In this document: in pieces, positions 59,406-64,000 of the stretch
How the letters are laid out: each line of letters starts with the position of its first letter
Numbering within the stretch: the first letter of the stretch is position 1
Made by a program: the position numbers and the translations under genes
Notes under the pieces: generated by a model
Databases searched by the model: none
The model's input: only the letters and a program-made list of their open reading frames with translations
Told to the model about the DNA's origin: nothing
Assembly (NCBI GenBank): GCA_963698205.1
Contig: CAVOPZ010000027.1
Location: forward strand, 1,742-65,741
Direction: 5' to 3'
From: an uncultured Ignavibacteriaceae bacterium
GTDB lineage: Bacteria; Bacteroidota; Ignavibacteria; Ignavibacteriales; Ignavibacteriaceae
Length of the DNA: 64,000 bases

Positions 59406-59732
59406 ATGGATCCAAATAAACAACCGCAAGGGCAACAGATAAATATTGAGCTTGGTGAAAAGGAAGCTGAGGGAATCTATTCCAATCTGGCAATAATTTC
59501 ACATTCACCCGCAGAGTTTATAATTGATTTTACCCGAATTGTTCCTGGCGTGCCAAAAGCTAAAGTTCATGCAAGAATTATTACTACTCCACAACATGCA
59601 AAAATGTTGATGAAAGCTTTGAAGGATAATATCGATAAGTTTGAATCAAAGTTTGGAGAAATAAAAATTGATTCTGCTCCAAACCAGATGTTTGGTTTTG
59701 TACCGCCCAAAACGGGTGAAAAAGTAAATTAG
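59406..59732 (+). CDS. DUF3467-family protein
   Basis: INIELGEKEAEGIYSNLAIISHSPAEFIIDFTRIVPG...ARIITTPQHAKMLMKAL matches the DUF3467 pattern as I recall it. Confidence 0.7.
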   Translation: MDPNKQPQGQQINIELGEKEAEGIYSNLAIISHSPAEFIIDFTRIVPGVPKAKVHARIITTPQHAKMLMKALKDNIDKFESKFGEIKIDSAPNQMFGFVPPKTGEKVN

Positions 59733-59754
59733 TCCCTTTAATGGATTGCTATTT

Positions 59755-59781
59755 AAGCCGGTCTTATGATCGGCTTTTTTA
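59755..59781. terminator. Bidirectional rho-independent terminator between the DUF3467 gene (+) and the lptG-like gene (-)
   Basis: GCCGGTC TTAT GATCGGC hairpin, preceded by an A/T-rich stretch (ATTTAA) and followed by T6. Confidence 0.75.
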
Positions 59782-59800
59782 TTGTTCCTTATTGTTTCAT

Positions 59801-60883
59801 TTATTGTCTTGCCCGCCACAGGTTAACCGCAGCAGCAATCAAAAAAATAAAGTTTGCAAACCATGCAGTAATAATTGGATTCAATGATCCGTTCTTACCA
59901 AAAGCCTGGCTCACCTTCATAAAAACCAAATATAGAAAAGTTACAAGAATATTTAATCCAACTTGCGAAGCAACGCCGCCTTTTCTTTTATTTGCAGAGA
60001 TTGGCAAACCAAACAAAACAACAATTACGCTTGTCATAGCAAAAGCAATTCTTGAATGAAACTCAATTAAAGTGGAGGTGGGATCATTGCCTGCATTTGA
60101 TTGCGAATCAATAAGATCATTAAGATCCGATAAATTCATCTCCGATGGTCGTGTTTGTTTTTGAAGTAGATCGGCTGGTGAAAAGTTCAAATCATTTAAA
60201 TCAAGGGTAGCAAAGTAAACGGCTTTTTGCTGCCTTCCGAAAAAGTCTCTCTTGGTGCCATTGTTAGCAATCCAAATATGCTTAAGAGAATCATAGGTTA
60301 AGCTTATTGCATCAATTCTGGATTTCATTTGCTTGGGGTTATTTGAATTAAAATCCTGAATGCTCACTCTGTTAGCTCTGTTAGAATTATTATCAAAGAA
60401 AGAAATACTAACAATTCTTTCTTTAGAATCCTGAAAATAAATATTGCTTCCTGTAAAACTTAAATTTTTTTTCAGATACTCTTGCTCAATATTTAACTTA
60501 GTTTTATTAGCCATCGGTACAACATAGCCGCTGAAATAAATCGAGAGGAAACTTATAATAAAAGTTGTTATAAGAAATGGAAGCATAAATCTATACAGGC
60601 TGACACCGCATGCTTTTATTGCGGTTAACTCGCTAAGGTTGGCAGCTCTGCTTGCCACAAATAATGCAGCAAACAATACTCCAACAGGAGTCATTAATCG
60701 AATTATTTCAGGCGAGAAAACAACGTAGTAGTGCAAAATTTTTAATGCTGGTACGCTTTGATCAATAAAATCATCAAGGTTTTCTATCGCATCAATAACA
60801 ATAAATATCAATGTAAATCCAAGCAATCCAAACGCAGTTGTTTGGATAAATTGTTTTATTAGATATTTATCAATTATTTTCAT
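59801..60883 (-). CDS. lptG: LPS export ABC permease, LptG-like (YjgP/YjgQ family)
   Basis: IIDKYLIKQFIQTTAFGLLGFTLIFIVID...LSELTAIKACGVSLYRFMLP, periplasmic beta-jellyroll insert, three C-terminal TM helices. Confidence 0.8.
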   Translation of the reverse strand: MKIIDKYLIKQFIQTTAFGLLGFTLIFIVIDAIENLDDFIDQSVPALKILHYYVVFSPEIIRLMTPVGVLFAALFVASRAANLSELTAIKACGVSLYRFMLPFLITTFIISFLSIYFSGYVVPMANKTKLNIEQEYLKKNLSFTGSNIYFQDSKERIVSISFFDNNSNRANRVSIQDFNSNNPKQMKSRIDAISLTYDSLKHIWIANNGTKRDFFGRQQKAVYFATLDLNDLNFSPADLLQKQTRPSEMNLSDLNDLIDSQSNAGNDPTSTLIEFHSRIAFAMTSVIVVLFGLPISANKRKGGVASQVGLNILVTFLYLVFMKVSQAFGKNGSLNPIITAWFANFIFLIAAAVNLWRARQ

Positions 60884-62249
60884 CTTCAGTGGTGATATTT
60901 ATTTGTTTGAATTTTTTAGGAATTAGTTTCTTTAAGAATGCAAATGATATTGTTTTGACTTCTTTATTAGTTTTAATTGTTAAAATAATTCCAATGAACC
61001 CTATGATTATGTTAGCTGTCCACATTCCAATAAATGGAGAAAAGAAACCACGTTCCGATAGCTTTTCACCTCCAATTAAGAATGCCCAATAGATAAGAAA
61101 AAAGAATAGACTTATTCCAGCCGCAACACCAAACCCACCTTTTTTAACCATAATGCCCAATGGTGCACCGATAAGTATAAAAATAATACAAGCAGCCGGC
61201 AGAGCATATTTCTTGTAAATTTCAACTTCGTACTTTTCTACTTCGCGTTTAACCCACTCTACCCGGTTATAGTTTGATGTTAATAAGTTTTTAATGTTAC
61301 GAACTCTCTCAATAGCACGCAAATACATAACTTCAGAATTTTTACCTGAAATGGATTTGTTTATTTGATTAGAAGTGGTGCTATCTATCAGCATATACTT
61401 GTTGGATTCTTTTATTAAAGATTTTTTGTTGTCGTTTAAAATGATTTTCAAACTGTCAGTAATGGATTGCATATCATTAACACTTAATTCTCTTTCGCCG
61501 CGGGATGTGGGTCCAGATTGCTGAAAAGAAAACTGATCGCCATTCATTGTAATTAAATGTTTTTCAAACTCAAGTTTTCTATACATAGTTGTATTCTGTA
61601 CTTCAGATTCATGAATTTCGCCATTATACAAATCCATAATTAATTTGGATTGATCTTTAGAGAAGAATATTTTTCCGCTATCCGCAGTTACAACATTTAT
61701 CTTGCCACCATTCGAATAATCATAAATAGTAATTTGATACAGCCAGTTTGATTTTTGATCAATTGATCTGACTAATATTGCGTAGTTATCAACCTCTTGT
61801 GAAAAAAATCCTGGTTCAAGCGAAAGGGTTGGTTTTGTTCGTGATATATCACTCATTAATATTTTGGCCTGATGATTTGCATCAGGAAGTACATCATTAT
61901 TAAACTGAAATAATAATATTGCTACCACTATGCTGGCGACGAAAGGTGGCAACATCATTTTATATAAACTTAAACCTGATGATTTCATTATCGTTACTTC
62001 ATTATTCTGACTCAGATTTCCAAATGCCATTAATGTTGCTACTAGTGATGCCATTGGTACAACAAGTACTACCATCCAGGAAAGATTGAAAACGATTAGC
62101 TTTATAATAACCCATGTATCAAGACCTTTACCCACAAGTCGGTCCGCAAATTTCATCAAAAACTGAAGCAAAAAAATGCAAATGAGGGTAATTAACGAAA
62201 ATACAAAGGGAATGAAATGTGCTTTTAATATGTAGCTGAATAAAATCAT
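60870..62249 (-). CDS. lptF: LPS export ABC permease, LptF-like (YjgP/YjgQ family)
   Basis: ILFSYILKAHFIPFVFSLITLICIFLLQ...NNEVTIMKSSGLSLYKMMLP. Same architecture, overlaps the lptG-like gene by 14 nt. Confidence 0.8.
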   Translation of the reverse strand: MILFSYILKAHFIPFVFSLITLICIFLLQFLMKFADRLVGKGLDTWVIIKLIVFNLSWMVVLVVPMASLVATLMAFGNLSQNNEVTIMKSSGLSLYKMMLPPFVASIVVAILLFQFNNDVLPDANHQAKILMSDISRTKPTLSLEPGFFSQEVDNYAILVRSIDQKSNWLYQITIYDYSNGGKINVVTADSGKIFFSKDQSKLIMDLYNGEIHESEVQNTTMYRKLEFEKHLITMNGDQFSFQQSGPTSRGERELSVNDMQSITDSLKIILNDNKKSLIKESNKYMLIDSTTSNQINKSISGKNSEVMYLRAIERVRNIKNLLTSNYNRVEWVKREVEKYEVEIYKKYALPAACIIFILIGAPLGIMVKKGGFGVAAGISLFFFLIYWAFLIGGEKLSERGFFSPFIGMWTANIIIGFIGIILTIKTNKEVKTISFAFLKKLIPKKFKQINITTEDENN

Positions 62250-62352
62250 TATTCAAAGATAACTAAGGCATAAAAGTTTAACAACAAATACAATTTTTTA
62301 ACAGCCCTTATTCATATTATCATTATATTAACACTCTGAAAATATCTTATTT

Positions 62353-63376
62353 ATGACTCGAGTATTATCCATACTAATTCTGATTTCATACAGCTCTTTA
62401 TTAACAGCTCAAGTTGAAAATTTGAGCTTACTTGCGGATAGTAATTACCCTCTCTGGTTACAAACCAAAAAAGCCAGAACTGATCAAACATCAGGAATAG
62501 CGTTTATAAAAAGCCAATGCGATGTAAAATATTTTTTTCTGGCCGATGATATCGGCGTAATTCAGTTACTGACGATAAAAGATGATACTGTATTCTCAAT
62601 TAATAGTATTTCATTTTCTGATTCTGTTCAACGATTTATTAATGAGTTGCCAAAAGCTGATTTTGAAGAAATAATTTATGATAATAGTGAAGAAAGAATT
62701 TTATCTTTCAATCGAAGGTACTGGAGAAGATTTCAAAAAATATGTTGGGATATACAGAATATATTTTAATGGTTCTGAAATAGAAAATTATCAAATTGCT
62801 TCTCTTCAAAAAGTAATTTTTACTCCTTCAAAAAATTTTTTACAGTATATAGACAATAACATTGGTTACGAAGGAGTTGCGATTGATGAAAATTATTTTT
62901 ATTTAGGTTTGGAGGGATTTACAAATAATAGACTATTTGCGGATTCTACAATTATCTTTATCGCAAGAAAATCTGATAAAAAAATTATAAAAGAAATTAG
63001 CACAAAGAATATAGGCGTTCATACCATTTGTGGTTTGTTTTCGGACGAAAATTTTTCTCTTTGGGGTATTGATAGAAACAACAGAAAAATATTTCATATC
63101 AATTTTGATGAAGAATTAAACATTAAAACGATTACAAAATATGATTGTTCTACTGCTATTCCAGGTTATCCAGAAATAAATTATCTACCTTCTTTTGAGA
63201 GTATAACGATTGATGACGAAAATAATCTTTATCTTGTTGACGATCCGTGGAAAGAAATGTTTATACCAAAACAGGAGATATTTGATAAACTTGATACCGA
63301 AACAAAAAATAATTTTAAAGAATACGTTCCAACAATATTTAAATACAAAATTATTCATACCGAAGGAGATAAATAG
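62353..63376 (+). pseudogene. Secreted hypothetical protein (possible beta-propeller). Reading frame broken once.
   Basis: ORFs 62353-62769 and 62678-63376 join within 62689-62702 (A3/T4 runs): …EIIYDNSEE/EFYLSIEGTGEDFKKYVGIY…. Signal peptide MTRVLSILILISYSSLLTAQ. Confidence 0.6.
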
Positions 63377-64000
63377 TTGAAAGAAGTAATTAATTACATC
63401 GAGAATAACAGGGGCAGATATGTTGATGAACTTAAAGAATTTTTAAAAATTCCAAGTATCAGTACATTAGCCGAAAATAAAGAGGATATGCAAACCGGTG
63501 CTCAGTTTGTTGCTGACAAATTAAAAGAAGCCGGATTAAATAAAATTGAAATTTTCCAGACTGAAGGACATCCCTTAGTTTACGCTGAATGGCTTGGTGC
63601 ACCGGGTAAACCGACAGTTTTATTTTATGGTCATTATGATGTTCAGCCTGTTGATCCAATTGATCTTTGGTCATCTTTACCATTTGAACCAACAATTATC
63701 GGCGATAATATTTTTGCCCGCGGTGCTACGGATGATAAAGGGCAAATGTATATGCACATTAAAAGTGTTGAGGCATATTTTAAAACACACGGCAGCCTTC
63801 CACTTAACGTTAAATTTATAATTGAGGGCGAAGAAGAAATTGGAAGCACAAATTTATCCATATTCTTAAAAAACAATACCGAGTTATTAAAGTGTGATTC
63901 AGTATTAATCTCCGATACATCATTGTTTGCACCTGGAATTCCAACAATAACTTACGGTTTACGTGGATTGTGTTATATGGAAATTGAAGTAACAGGTCCA
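63377..64000 (+). CDS. M20-family dipeptidase/deacylase, 5' partial (runs off the right edge)
   Basis: Not in the ORF track because there is no stop. TTG at 63377 starts LKEVINYIENNRGRYVDELKEFLKIPSIS...LFYGHYDVQPVDP...ARGATDDKGQ...FIIEGEEEIGS, the classic M20 metal-ligand motifs. Confidence 0.85.
   Translation, partial: MKEVINYIENNRGRYVDELKEFLKIPSISTLAENKEDMQTGAQFVADKLKEAGLNKIEIFQTEGHPLVYAEWLGAPGKPTVLFYGHYDVQPVDPIDLWSSLPFEPTIIGDNIFARGATDDKGQMYMHIKSVEAYFKTHGSLPLNVKFIIEGEEEIGSTNLSIFLKNNTELLKCDSVLISDTSLFAPGIPTITYGLRGLCYMEIEVTGP

Noticed and set aside
26697-62702. Frame breaks as phase-variation switches or programmed ribosomal frameshifts
   Set aside because: The runs are only 3-4 nt long, far shorter than known slipped-strand contingency tracts. 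There is no shared slippery heptamer or downstream structure. Both +1 and -1 corrections are needed, sometimes within one gene. Core genes (serA) are affected.

Overview
Low-GC chromosomal segment, by eye about one third G+C. It most likely comes from an FCB-superphylum bacterium of the Ignavibacteria/Chlorobi type. Supporting signs: several type-A T9SS C-terminal sorting domains (NYPNPFNP...), clear Shine-Dalgarno sites, and an atpZIBEFHAG block without atpDC. Order of content: (1) 1-977, a decayed BNR-repeat T9SS cargo pseudogene. (2) 1.07-15.8 kb, a visibly AT-richer Wzx/Wzy-type polysaccharide locus (Wzz-like, Wzy-like, Wzx, methyltransferase, GT2, GT9, two GT4, priming phosphoglycosyltransferase, polyprenol-P glycosyltransferase, and a GT2 fused to a degenerate phosphoglycosyltransferase). 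It is interrupted by a four-helix-bundle (23S-IVS-type) gene flanked by inverted repeats. (3) 15.8-25.4 kb, housekeeping genes (accA, thioesterase, nadC, MOP flippase, dut, dnaE, FabI/FabL-like SDR, trxA). (4) 25.7-37.8 kb, an outer-membrane/T9SS cluster (BNR plus three CBM-like modules cargo, TonB-dependent receptor, 1189-aa orphan cargo, PorV-like barrel, GWxTD protein). (5) 37.9-50.8 kb, lpxL-like, GT9, tsaC, M23 peptidase, bactofilin, the atp genes, then ffh-rpsP-KH-rimM-trmD-rplS. (6) 50.8-64 kb, MqnA-like, a T9SS cargo, serA, an 11-residue tandem-repeat protein, hutU-orfX-add, TPR protein, DUF3467, lptG/lptF-like, a hypothetical, and a partial M20 peptidase. The most unusual observations are these. 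At least ten single-base frame breaks sit mostly in short homopolymers, all downstream of 25.7 kb apart from the decayed pseudogene at 1-977. A family of GC-rich hairpin repeats around serA/hutU includes a GNRA-loop hairpin whose two same-strand copies differ by a compensatory base-pair change. An IVS-like cassette sits inside the polysaccharide operon. A GT2-pseudo-PGT fusion is present. The TonB-receptor / giant cargo / PorV-like / GWxTD cluster is uncharacterised. I saw no defence system, CRISPR array, tRNA/rRNA gene, transposase or prophage. All family assignments come from motif recognition by eye; no database search was run.
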